In this document: in pieces, positions 8,947 through 17,330 of the stretch | Numbering within the stretch: position 1 is the stretch's first letter | How the letters are laid out: each line of letters starts with the position of its first letter | Origin: Candidatus Saccharimonadota bacterium | GTDB lineage: Bacteria; Patescibacteriota; Saccharimonadia; Saccharimonadales; Saccharimonadaceae | Direction of reading: 5' to 3' | DNA length: 64,000 bases | NCBI GenBank assembly: GCA_963928385.1 | Contig: CAWVEQ010000012.1 | Coordinates: forward strand, 32,957-96,956 | Program-made: the position numbers and the translations under genes | The notes under the pieces: generated by a model | Told to the model about the DNA's origin: nothing | The model's input: only the letters and a program-made list of their open reading frames with translations | Database searches by the model: none

Positions 8947-9990
8947 ATGGCCAAGGTTTACGTCGGCATGTCGGGTGGAGTGGATTCGTCAGTATCGGCG
9001 GCCTTGCTAGTTCGGCAGGGTTACGATGTGACAGGTGTCTATATGAAAAACTGGACGGTTGACGTGCCAGGTATGCGCTGTCCGTGGGCAGAGGATTTAG
9101 CAGACGCTAAACGCGTGGCAGTCCATCTAAATATCCCATTCAAAGTGTTCGACTTTCAAAATGAGTATAAGCAACTGGTGGTCGACTATATGATTCAAGA
9201 GTACCAGGCGGGGCGAACGCCCAATCCAGATATTATGTGTAACCAAGAGGTGAAGTTTGGGCTGTTCCTACGGGTCGCGTTGGCTGATGGCGCAGATATG
9301 ATTGCAACAGGACACTATGCCCGGTCGCAGGGGTCTAAATTATTGCGCGCAGCTAACGAAGACAAGGATCAGACGTATTTTCTGTATCGCGTGTCAGGCG
9401 AAGCGGTGGCTAAAACTATCTTTCCGATTGGTGATTATAAAACTAAGGATGAGGTGCGGACCAAGGCTGCTGAATTTGGCTTAAGCACGGCTACCAAACA
9501 TGACTCGCAGGGGATTTGCTTTATCGGGACCGTGGGCATTAAGGACTTTCTGAAACAGTATGTGCAAACTGAACCAGGGGATATTATTGAGCGTGAAACT
9601 GGCAAGGTGTTGGGTCATCATGACGGAGCGCTATTCTATACTTTTGGCCAGCGCCACGGGTTAAATGTTGGGGGTGGTTTACCATACTACGTGGTGGGCA
9701 AGGACATGGCTAAGAATGAGGTTTACGTCAGTAAAAACCTAAACAGCGATGGTTTCTGGCGTGACGAGATTAAGCTACACCAACTACACTGGATTAATCA
9801 GGCGCCGGTAGAGGGTGAGGTTTACCAGATTCGCACTCGTCACCGCGCTCCATTGATTGATGCTACGGTGCGATTTGATTCAGCCGCTCTTATTCTCCAT
9901 CTCTCTGCTCCCGAGCGCGCCGTTGCCCCTGGTCAATCTGTCGTTATCTACGACGGTGAGGAAGTGCTAGGTGGCGGGATAGTTGTGTAG
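8947..9990 (+). CDS. mnmA: tRNA-specific 2-thiouridylase MnmA
   Basis: The PP-loop SGGVDSS lies at the N-terminus after the ATG at 8947, which has a GGAGG upstream. It also has NPDI.CN and DQTYFL motifs. Confidence 0.9.
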   Translation: MAKVYVGMSGGVDSSVSAALLVRQGYDVTGVYMKNWTVDVPGMRCPWAEDLADAKRVAVHLNIPFKVFDFQNEYKQLVVDYMIQEYQAGRTPNPDIMCNQEVKFGLFLRVALADGADMIATGHYARSQGSKLLRAANEDKDQTYFLYRVSGEAVAKTIFPIGDYKTKDEVRTKAAEFGLSTATKHDSQGICFIGTVGIKDFLKQYVQTEPGDIIERETGKVLGHHDGALFYTFGQRHGLNVGGGLPYYVVGKDMAKNEVYVSKNLNSDGFWRDEIKLHQLHWINQAPVEGEVYQIRTRHRAPLIDATVRFDSAALILHLSAPERAVAPGQSVVIYDGEEVLGGGIVV

Positions 9991-10015
9991 CTACTGTGAA
10001 TCTGCGTTGAGCAAC

Positions 10016-10110
10016 AAAAAATGCGGCCCAATGCCGCTATGGTTTCGCTAATCCGTTTTTGCGGACGCTTATTTGAACTTGTCGTATAAATAATCGTTCT
10101 ACTGAACTGG
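10016..10110 (-). ncRNA. tracrRNA: tracrRNA (antisense to the cas operon, upstream of cas9)
   Basis: Plus strand 10071-10107 (ATTTGAACTTGTCGTATAAATAATCGTTCTACTGAAC) resembles the CRISPR repeat on the same strand. A minus-strand transcript would therefore carry a bulged anti-repeat. That is followed by AAGUUCAAAUAAGCGUCCG (compare the SpCas9 tracr AAGUUAAAAUAAGGCUAGUCCG) and a GCGGC-AUUGG-GCCGC hairpin with a U6 terminator. The exact ends are not determined. Confidence 0.75.
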
Positions 10111-10144
10111 CTAAAGTATATATCATTTTGTATAATTTAGGCAA
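10108..10144. promoter_or_regulatory. Overlapping divergent promoter candidates for tracrRNA (minus) and cas9 (plus)
   Basis: On the minus strand, TTGCCT (10139-10144) is 18 nt from TATACT (10115-10120), just upstream of the anti-repeat. On the plus strand, TATAAT lies at 10131-10136, 46 nt upstream of the cas9 ATG. Confidence 0.4.
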
Positions 10145-10182
10145 GTACTTTGACGAATTAGTTCTAATCAGGAGGATAGGCG

Positions 10183-13100
10183 ATGAGCGAAGATAAGAAA
10201 TACTATATTGGTTTAGACTGCGGAACTAATTCGGTTGGCTGGGCGGTGACGGATGAAGAATATCACTTGCTACGTCGTCGCGGTCAAACGTTGTGGGGCA
10301 TGCGACTATTTGACGAGGCTAAGACGGCGGCAGAGCGGCGGGGATATCGTTCGAATCGTCGGCGGATGGCTCGTGCAAAGCGTCGCGTTAAGTTGCTGCA
10401 GATGTTATTCAGCGAGGAAATTACCAAGGTTGACCCGGATTTTTATATCAGACTCCGCGAAAGTTTGTATCTAAAGGAAGACAAGCGAGGTTTTTCTAAT
10501 GCCGAAGCGGTGTCAAAGCATACGCTGTTTAACGACCCTGGATTTACTGATGTGGATTACCACAAACAATATCCAACTATCTGGCACCTGCGTCAGGCTA
10601 TTATTGATTCGATAAATGATAGCTCGAAGCATTTTGATGTTCGTTTGTATTATCTAGCGATTGAGCATATTGTTAAGCATCGCGGCCACTTCCTGCGTAG
10701 CGGTGAGATCAATAGTGGTGCTGGTGATTTTGGTGGGATATGGAATAATCTGTGCGATGCTGCGGGAACGTGCGGTATTACGGTTGACAAGGCCATTGCC
10801 GGCGAGGTGGAAACTCTGTTGAAGCAAAAAATGAGCAAAATCGATAAGAAAAAACAGCTTGAGAAAATAATGTTCGCTGATGTGCTGAGTAACGATGATT
10901 ATGAAGGTGACTATAAAGCTTTGGCGCATCTACTCTGTGGCAGTAATGTCTCGCTCAGCAAGTTATTTAATATCGAGGCTGATGAAGATCTAAAATTGGA
11001 GTTTTCTAGTGACGGCTTTGAAGATAAATATCCTGTGATTAGTGACTTTGTCTCAGATATTGATGGCGCTGAGGACTTAATTTTAGCAGCCAAGTCAATT
11101 TATGATTATATCTATCTATGTGATTTGCTGAAAGATAGCGATAACATATCGGCAGCCATGGTTCATAACTATGACGTACATCATCGCGATTTAGCTGAAA
11201 TTAAACAAGCGCTAAAGCCGTTCAAGGACGATTATAATCACTTCTTTAACACTGAGGTTGCTGATAGTGATGTATTTTACAATGCATATATTGGCAAAGG
11301 CTCAACTAAGAAGGACAAAGCACGCACCGTTAATCAGGAGGAAATTAACAAAGAACTAAAGCGTCTGTTTGAGAAGGACGGCATCGGCGGTGATTTGCTG
11401 ACGCGCGCAACTGAGGGAACATTGTTGCCTAAGCAGCGCGGCTATGCTAAGGGCACCATTCCGCAACAGCTTCACCATAATGAGCTGCGGCTGATTTTGC
11501 AGAAATTATGTCAAGACTACCCCAGCTTCGCTGTTGAAGTGCCCGGCGAGAATGATAAATATAATACTAAGGCAAAGAAAATTGAATACATCCATAGCTT
11601 TAGAATTCCTTACTACTGCGGACCACTGCTATCTAAAACGCAGAAAAGCGAGAAGTTTGCATGGGGCAAGGAAATTCATGAGATTGTTTATCCGTGGAAC
11701 TACGACGAGCTAGTGGACAAAGGTGGACTAGCTGGCGAGTTCATAAAAAGCATGACTAATAAATGTACGTACGTTGTTGGTGCAGATGTTCTACCAAAGA
11801 ATTCGCTATCCTATCAACGGTACATGGTGTTGAACGAATTGAATAACCTAAAAATTAATGGTTCGCGCATAGATAACGACGTAAAACAACGTATTTATAA
11901 CCAAGCTTACTTAGGTGGCGAACTGGGTGGCAATGTTACGCTTAAGAAATTGTCAGCTTGGATGAAATCGGTCGGTATTTTAGATAAGACCGATGAGTTA
12001 AGCGGTTCTTCCGAGCAGAAGATTTTGCCAAAGTTGTCTACCCATACCGATTTTTACCGTGTCTTGGGTGCTGATTACAACAAACGATACTGTGAAGAAA
12101 AGCTAGAAGAAGTGGTCAAACTAATAACCATCTTAAACAATGAACCAGCTATGTTGGCTGAGAAAATTAAGGAAACGCTAGATTGCACTGATGAGCAAGC
12201 TCGGCGGCTGGCCAGGTTGAATTATAAAGACTGGGGTAAATTTAGCCTAGATTTCTTGCGTGGTATTAGGTCTGATATGAATGGTCGCCAGATGTCAATC
12301 CTAGAGGCTCTAGAGGAAACGACAAATAATTTACAGGAACTGCTGAGTGGCGACTTTGGCTTTAAGGCTGAGCTAGACCGAACCAACGCCGAAAAAACAG
12401 ATAACGCTGATAATGCGGATGACGCTAGCAGTGAAATTACTTACGAGCGAGTCAATAAGCTGTACTGCTCGCCTGCGGTAAAGCGAACTGTTTGGCAAGC
12501 GATCAAAATTGTTAATGAGATTCGCAAGGTCATGGGCTGTGATCCAGCTAAAGTATTTATTGAGGTAACTCGTGGTGATGAAAAGGGTAAACCAAAGGTG
12601 AAATTGGCTCGGCGCAAGGAGCTACTGGATAAATACAAAGCCATTAAGGATGGCAAGGATGACTTCGCCAAGAAACTGTTTGAACAGCTAAATAGCCACG
12701 ATGACCGCGACTTACAGTCAAAGAAGTTGTTTCTGTATTACCAACAGATGGGTAAGTGTGCCTATACTGGCGAGCGGATTGAGCTGGACGAAATTAACAA
12801 TACCCGCCTATATGATATCGACCACATCTATCCACGGTCAAAGACTAAGGACGATAGTATTACGCGAAACCTAGTGCTAGTTAAGGCGGAGGTCAATCGT
12901 GAAAAGACTAATAAATATCCTATTAATCCAGACATCCAGGCGAAAATGCGTGGCCAGTGGGGGTTCTGGTATCGAAGTGGATTGATAACTAAAGAAAAAT
13001 ACGAACGACTAACGCGTACAACGCCACTAACGCCGGACGAACTGGCTGGCTTTATCCAGCGCCAGATTGTTGAGACTGGTCAGTCAACCAAAGCAATTGC

Positions 13101-14334
13101 TGAATTACTGAATCACGGCTTATCAAAAGATACTAGAGTAATTACTGTTAAGGCTGGTGGCGTATCGGATTTGCGTCATTATTATGGCTATAACGCCAAC
13201 CCACTGCGACCAGAGTTTATCAAGATTCGCGAGCTGAACGACCTACATCACGCCAAAGATGCTTATCTAAATATTGTAGTTGGCAATGTTATTAATTCAA
13301 CGTTTACCGATAATCCACGCCATTGGATTAAACAACAACAGGATAGCGGGTATAACTACTCAATTCGTACCAATCTAATCTTTCGTGATAGTGAAATTTA
13401 TACTAAGAAAGATGGTACGACTACCAAGTATCCAGTTGTCAAGGCGTGGAATTATACCGATAGCCTAGAGACTGTTTCATCGACTATGCGACGCAACGAC
13501 GTACTGTGGACTAGAATGAATCATAGGTTAAGTAGTAAGGGCGGTGGACTGATGGACGCACAATTGGTGCGCAAGGCGCCAGGATATATTCCGCGCAAGA
13601 AGGATTCTCGCTTGCAGGACACATCAAAATATGGTGGCTACAAAAGTCCAATGGGAGCCTATTTTGCTCTAATTGAGGCGCAAGATGGTTCGCGTAGGAT
13701 AATATCCATACCGTTGCTGGAAACAAGCAATGTTAATGGCTATATCAACCAAAAGTATGGTGGCGCCAAAGTGGTTATCTCTAGAATTGATTTCATGTCC
13801 AAGATGATTATAAACGGTTTCCCGGTGCACCTGACCGGAAGAACGGGCGATCAGCTTTCCTTCTATCCAGCAAAGCAACTCCATTTACCCGTGCAAGAAC
13901 TATCTTATCTTAAACGGGTTTGCGCTGTTGCAAATAAGCTGAACGATAAAAATTACAAGATTTCCGAGAAAGACAAAGTATCGAGGAACGAGAATACGGC
14001 ACTATTTAATGCTCTAGCGGGAAGGCTGCAGATAATGAGCGATGCTCCAAAGTTTGGCAAGAGGGTGGCTGAAGTTTCTGACTACGGCGATGTATTTGAG
14101 AACATGTCTTTGGAGGAGCAGTGTAGAACCGTGTCAATCCTGTTAGGCGTGGTAGGGTGTAATGCTAGCAAGGGCGATCTATCGTTGTTAATGCCAAGGG
14201 CACAGCAGCTTGGTGGCTGCACTGCTTCGAGCAATATATCGTCTTATGGGAGTTGTAAGCTCATCTATCAATCCGTCACTGGTCTATACAAAAAAGTTAT
14301 CGATCTAAAGACTGTTCAACCGGGCGAGGTGTAG
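10183..14334 (+). CDS. cas9: Cas9 endonuclease (type II-A, 1383 aa)
   Basis: It has the RuvC-I motif IGLDCGTNSVGWAV, the arginine-rich bridge helix RRGYRSNRRRMARAKRR and the HNH motif DIDHIYPRS..N. Its size is SpCas9-like. Confidence 0.95.
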   Translation: MSEDKKYYIGLDCGTNSVGWAVTDEEYHLLRRRGQTLWGMRLFDEAKTAAERRGYRSNRRRMARAKRRVKLLQMLFSEEITKVDPDFYIRLRESLYLKEDKRGFSNAEAVSKHTLFNDPGFTDVDYHKQYPTIWHLRQAIIDSINDSSKHFDVRLYYLAIEHIVKHRGHFLRSGEINSGAGDFGGIWNNLCDAAGTCGITVDKAIAGEVETLLKQKMSKIDKKKQLEKIMFADVLSNDDYEGDYKALAHLLCGSNVSLSKLFNIEADEDLKLEFSSDGFEDKYPVISDFVSDIDGAEDLILAAKSIYDYIYLCDLLKDSDNISAAMVHNYDVHHRDLAEIKQALKPFKDDYNHFFNTEVADSDVFYNAYIGKGSTKKDKARTVNQEEINKELKRLFEKDGIGGDLLTRATEGTLLPKQRGYAKGTIPQQLHHNELRLILQKLCQDYPSFAVEVPGENDKYNTKAKKIEYIHSFRIPYYCGPLLSKTQKSEKFAWGKEIHEIVYPWNYDELVDKGGLAGEFIKSMTNKCTYVVGADVLPKNSLSYQRYMVLNELNNLKINGSRIDNDVKQRIYNQAYLGGELGGNVTLKKLSAWMKSVGILDKTDELSGSSEQKILPKLSTHTDFYRVLGADYNKRYCEEKLEEVVKLITILNNEPAMLAEKIKETLDCTDEQARRLARLNYKDWGKFSLDFLRGIRSDMNGRQMSILEALEETTNNLQELLSGDFGFKAELDRTNAEKTDNADNADDASSEITYERVNKLYCSPAVKRTVWQAIKIVNEIRKVMGCDPAKVFIEVTRGDEKGKPKVKLARRKELLDKYKAIKDGKDDFAKKLFEQLNSHDDRDLQSKKLFLYYQQMGKCAYTGERIELDEINNTRLYDIDHIYPRSKTKDDSITRNLVLVKAEVNREKTNKYPINPDIQAKMRGQWGFWYRSGLITKEKYERLTRTTPLTPDELAGFIQRQIVETGQSTKAIAELLNHGLSKDTRVITVKAGGVSDLRHYYGYNANPLRPEFIKIRELNDLHHAKDAYLNIVVGNVINSTFTDNPRHWIKQQQDSGYNYSIRTNLIFRDSEIYTKKDGTTTKYPVVKAWNYTDSLETVSSTMRRNDVLWTRMNHRLSSKGGGLMDAQLVRKAPGYIPRKKDSRLQDTSKYGGYKSPMGAYFALIEAQDGSRRIISIPLLETSNVNGYINQKYGGAKVVISRIDFMSKMIINGFPVHLTGRTGDQLSFYPAKQLHLPVQELSYLKRVCAVANKLNDKNYKISEKDKVSRNENTALFNALAGRLQIMSDAPKFGKRVAEVSDYGDVFENMSLEEQCRTVSILLGVVGCNASKGDLSLLMPRAQQLGGCTASSNISSYGSCKLIYQSVTGLYKKVIDLKTVQPGEV

Positions 14335-14340
14335 AGCATT

Positions 14341-15216
14341 ATGTCCTGGCGGGTGGTGGTTATCCAGAAACGATGCAAACTAGACTATAAATTGGGTTCA
14401 ATAGTTATTCGTGACAGCGAAGACGAAAAACGCATTCACCTAGATGATGTGTCGGTGATTATGTGTGCCACCACTGCCATATCCTTGACAGCCTATCTGC
14501 TCGCTGAAATTGTTGAGCGAAAGATAAAGATAATATTTTGTGATAATCAGCATAATCCGACGGCAGAATTAGTGCCGATGTATGGTCACTATATTAGTTC
14601 GGGCAAGATTCGTCAGCAGATAAAGTGGGATGATGAGATCAAGGGACTAGTCTGGCAAGCAATTACTAGGCGCAAGATTCAGAATCAAGCAAACATCCTA
14701 CGCAAAATTGGCCAGGACGAGCGGGCTAAAATGCTGGACGGGTTTGCCGCTGAGGTAATGCCAGGTGATACAACCAACCGTGAAGGCCATGCAGCTAAGG
14801 TTTACTTTAACTCGCTATTCGGCATGGATTTTTATCGTAATAGTGCTGATGTCCGGAACGCGGTGTTAAATTATGGTTATTCCATTTTGCTGTCGTGCTT
14901 TAATCGCGAAATTGCTGCCAGTGGTTATTTGACTCAGTTGGGATTGTGGCACGACAACGCCAGTAATCCGTTTAATCTCGGCTCGGATTTGATGGAAACA
15001 TTTCGACCGATTATTGACTACTTTACTTATGGTTGTGGTTACACCGAGTTCGCCAAAGACGAGAAGTTGGACGTAGTAAATCTATTAAATATGAGGGTAA
15101 AAGTTAATGGTGCTGAGCAATACTTGAACAATGCTATTGGTACATACGTTAGAAGTGTATTTACTGCAATTGAAGAAAAAGACATTAGCAAGATAACGGA
15201 TTGGTATGAGCTATAG
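14341..15216 (+). CDS. cas1: Cas1 integrase (type II)
   Basis: It is a 291-aa protein immediately after cas9 with typical type II Cas1 organisation and a conserved acidic/His core (NYGYS..LWHD). Confidence 0.9.
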   Translation: MSWRVVVIQKRCKLDYKLGSIVIRDSEDEKRIHLDDVSVIMCATTAISLTAYLLAEIVERKIKIIFCDNQHNPTAELVPMYGHYISSGKIRQQIKWDDEIKGLVWQAITRRKIQNQANILRKIGQDERAKMLDGFAAEVMPGDTTNREGHAAKVYFNSLFGMDFYRNSADVRNAVLNYGYSILLSCFNREIAASGYLTQLGLWHDNASNPFNLGSDLMETFRPIIDYFTYGCGYTEFAKDEKLDVVNLLNMRVKVNGAEQYLNNAIGTYVRSVFTAIEEKDISKITDWYEL

Positions 15217-15526
15217 ATTTATGCGTGTAATTGTTATGTTTGATTTGCCGACCGATACATCGGCGCAGCGTAAACATTATCGGAACTTTCGCAAATACCT
15301 AATTGATGACGGGTTTGTAATGATGCAAGAATCTATTTACACGAAAATCTGCATTAATATGCATGCAGTCGACCAAGTCCAACGAAATATTGAGCGGAAT
15401 AAACCGCCCGAAGGGATTGTTCAAGTTATGAGTGTGACTGAACGCCAGTTTGCTAGCATTAAAGTGGTTGTCGGCGAACTAGATGATACGTATATTCAAA
15501 ATGATCAGAGGTTGATAGTGTTATGA
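15206..15526 (+). CDS. cas2: Cas2
   Basis: It is 106 aa with the N-terminal MSYRFMRVIVMFDLPT motif typical of type II Cas2, and it overlaps the cas1 stop. Confidence 0.85.
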   Translation: MSYRFMRVIVMFDLPTDTSAQRKHYRNFRKYLIDDGFVMMQESIYTKICINMHAVDQVQRNIERNKPPEGIVQVMSVTERQFASIKVVVGELDDTYIQNDQRLIVL

Positions 15527-16188
15527 GATTTTCGCATACGGAGCTGAATGGCGAACTGGAGTGGACTGATACGCGCCATATTAATGAGCTAGTAGTCGAG
15601 GCGCCTACTTTTCTGCGTGGCGTTTTGTGCGATTTGTTCGCTGATGAAGCAAATTGTGTTAAATTGACCAATGGTGGCAAACCGATGAACATGCCTAAAG
15701 AGATTGACTTAATTTGCAATCCGTTAGATCTAAATTTCAACAATCGGCGTGCTATGGCAACCCTGCTAAAAATGCTAGTGAAGGCCTCGCTATCTGATGA
15801 ACTATATATGGAGACCAATGAATTTAAATCTAGGGTGATTAAATATCTGGACGAGGTTGTCGACTCCGAGAACTTTGTTTTTGAAGTTGCTGCGGATGAC
15901 TTTGCGATAGATAATATTGCCAAAGCTGTTAATCTGCATATCGTTGACGACGAGGATGACTTTGTTGACTTACTGACTGATTATATGTCGATGATGGCGG
16001 AATTAGCTGGCATAAAATTATTCGTGTTTCTAAACTTGCGAACTATGCTGAGCGATGGGGAATTGGCTCGGTTGATTGGTAACATTAATAATCACCAGTT
16101 GGATATATTCTTGATAGAGGGTCGCCAGTTTGGTAAAGTCGAGAACTGTGGCCGGATTATTGTTGATGTTGATTTGTGCGAAATTTAG
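15523..16188 (+). CDS. csn2: Csn2 (short form), type II-A signature protein
   Basis: It is a 221-aa acidic protein between cas2 and the array. The C-terminal LFVFLNLRTMLSDGEL..LDIFLIEGR parallels S. pyogenes Csn2 (LLIFINSGAFLTKDEV..LTVLFLEPRE). Confidence 0.8.
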   Translation: MRFSHTELNGELEWTDTRHINELVVEAPTFLRGVLCDLFADEANCVKLTNGGKPMNMPKEIDLICNPLDLNFNNRRAMATLLKMLVKASLSDELYMETNEFKSRVIKYLDEVVDSENFVFEVAADDFAIDNIAKAVNLHIVDDEDDFVDLLTDYMSMMAELAGIKLFVFLNLRTMLSDGELARLIGNINNHQLDIFLIEGRQFGKVENCGRIIVDVDLCEI

Positions 16189-16275
16189 CCGGTTATGGTA
16201 GAATATCAGTAGTAGGTTGTACGGTTATTACGGTTAGTCGTAGACCGTCAAAATACGCGCTTAAGCCAATTTGAG
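16189..16275 (+). promoter_or_regulatory. CRISPR leader with an extended -10 promoter candidate and an ATTTGAG leader-repeat junction motif
   Basis: TGGTAGAAT (TGn + TAGAAT) lies at 16196-16204. ATTTGAG at 16269-16275 directly abuts the first repeat. Confidence 0.7.
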
Positions 16276-16772
16276 GTTTGAGAGTCGTGTTAAATAATCG
16301 TATAGCTGAACATTTTCGTGACTTCACGGAATTGATTCTGAGTTTGAGAGTCGTGTTAAATAATCGTATAGCTGAACTCCGCACTTCAAACGCACGCCAG
16401 TTAGACCGTTTGAGAGTCGTGTTAAATAATCGTATAGCTGAACTTCCATAGGTTACTCCTAAGCAGCGTCCTTGTTTGAGAGTCGTGTTAAATAATCGTA
16501 TAGCTGAACGGACAGCGCCTAGAACCTTCATGTACTTGGGTTTGAGAGTCGTGTTAAATAATCGTATAGCTGAACCGAATTATGCGCAATGTCGCTTTGC
16601 ATCAGTTTGAGAGTCGTGTTAAATAATCGTATAGCTGAACCTCTATCTGCTTAAACGTAGCTGGCTTCTGGTTTGAGAGTCGTGTTAAATAATCGTATAG
16701 CTGAACTTGTACTTGCTTGCGTTCTGCTTCGCTCATGTTTGAGAGTCGTGTTAAATAATCGTATAGCTGAAC
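16276..16772 (+). CRISPR. CRISPR array: 8 identical 36-nt repeats GTTTGAGAGTCGTGTTAAATAATCGTATAGCTGAAC and 7 spacers (six of 30 nt, one of 29 nt)
   Basis: Repeats start at 16276, 16342, 16408, 16474, 16540, 16605, 16671 and 16737. I counted these base by base from the sequence. Confidence 0.97.
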
Positions 16773-16826
16773 TATATAATATAATTCTAGTGTGGGAAAT
16801 AAGGAGCCCACTAGAAAGGAGCAAAT

Positions 16827-17120
16827 ATGCCAGTTGATAAGAACAAGACCTTGTTGAATGTTCCTAGAGTGGAACACAGTCAAGAAGTTGTTGATAGAAA
16901 CCTTGATTCAATGCAGGCTATGCTTGACGGCATTCTTCAGCGGATTCATGATGAATTACCTGAAGGCAAATACAGGGATTACTTTGATGCTCATCAAGAC
17001 GAGTTCTATGATTGGTTCTTGGATGGAGAGAACGACCTATACCCTGTTGCTAGTTGGTTTTATGACCAAGGGTTCAAGGAAGTTGCAAATCCTGAGATAT
17101 ACAAGCAATTAGACATATAG
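16827..17120 (+). CDS. Small acidic protein A (97 aa), repeat-linked, no recognisable domain
   Basis: The ORF starts 54 nt after the last array repeat. It is preceded by TATATAATATAAT, a hairpin and an AAAGGAG RBS. It is a paralog of 17331-17627. Confidence 0.7.
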   Translation: MPVDKNKTLLNVPRVEHSQEVVDRNLDSMQAMLDGILQRIHDELPEGKYRDYFDAHQDEFYDWFLDGENDLYPVASWFYDQGFKEVANPEIYKQLDI

Positions 17121-17132
17121 AAGTTGGAGAGA

Positions 17133-17241
17133 ATGAGCAAAACCAAAAACAACATAAAACTTAAAGCCACTAAGCTAGTCCATATATTAATGGACAATGG
17201 TGGAGTTGGTTCAGGAAACTGGGGTCATTCAGGCAGACCTG
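17133..17241 (+). pseudogene. 5' fragment of a phage-type gene (MSKTKNNIKLKATKLVHILMDNGGVGSGNWGHSGRPG...) truncated exactly at the orphan CRISPR repeat
   Basis: It has a GGAGA RBS and the ATG at 17133. The reading frame runs into the repeat at 17242 and terminates at 17300. As far as I recall, the GSGNWGHxGRPG motif is common in phage and MGE structural or polyvalent proteins. Confidence 0.5.
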
Positions 17242-17277
17242 GTTTGAGAGTCGTATCAAATAATCGTATAGCTGAAC
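17242..17277 (+). repeat. Orphan CRISPR repeat variant GTTTGAGAGTCGTATCAAATAATCGTATAGCTGAAC (G14A, T16C), 469 bp beyond the array
   Basis: 34 of 36 positions are identical to the array repeat. It is followed by the same 13 nt (TATATAATATAAT) as the last array repeat. Confidence 0.9.
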
Positions 17278-17330
17278 TATATAATATAATCTATATGTAG
17301 GAGATAATAGCCCTACGGGAAAGGAGCAAT

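Noticed and set aside
10183-16188. I considered classifying the locus as type II-C, which is common for compact genomes.
   Set aside because: A Csn2-like gene follows cas2 and the leader ends in the II-A motif ATTTGAG, so II-A is the better call.
16312-16736. I looked for self-targeting of the 7 spacers against this window.
   Set aside because: I noticed no match by eye, but I cannot scan 64 kb on both strands exhaustively without tools, so I make no claim.
16773-17241. I considered whether the 469 bp between repeat 8 and the orphan repeat is just an unusually long spacer.
   Set aside because: It is about 15 times the uniform 29-30 nt spacer length. It also carries its own -10 box, RBS, an intact ORF and a second gene start. 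I therefore treat it as inserted or recombined DNA, although its last 20-30 nt could still act as a guide.
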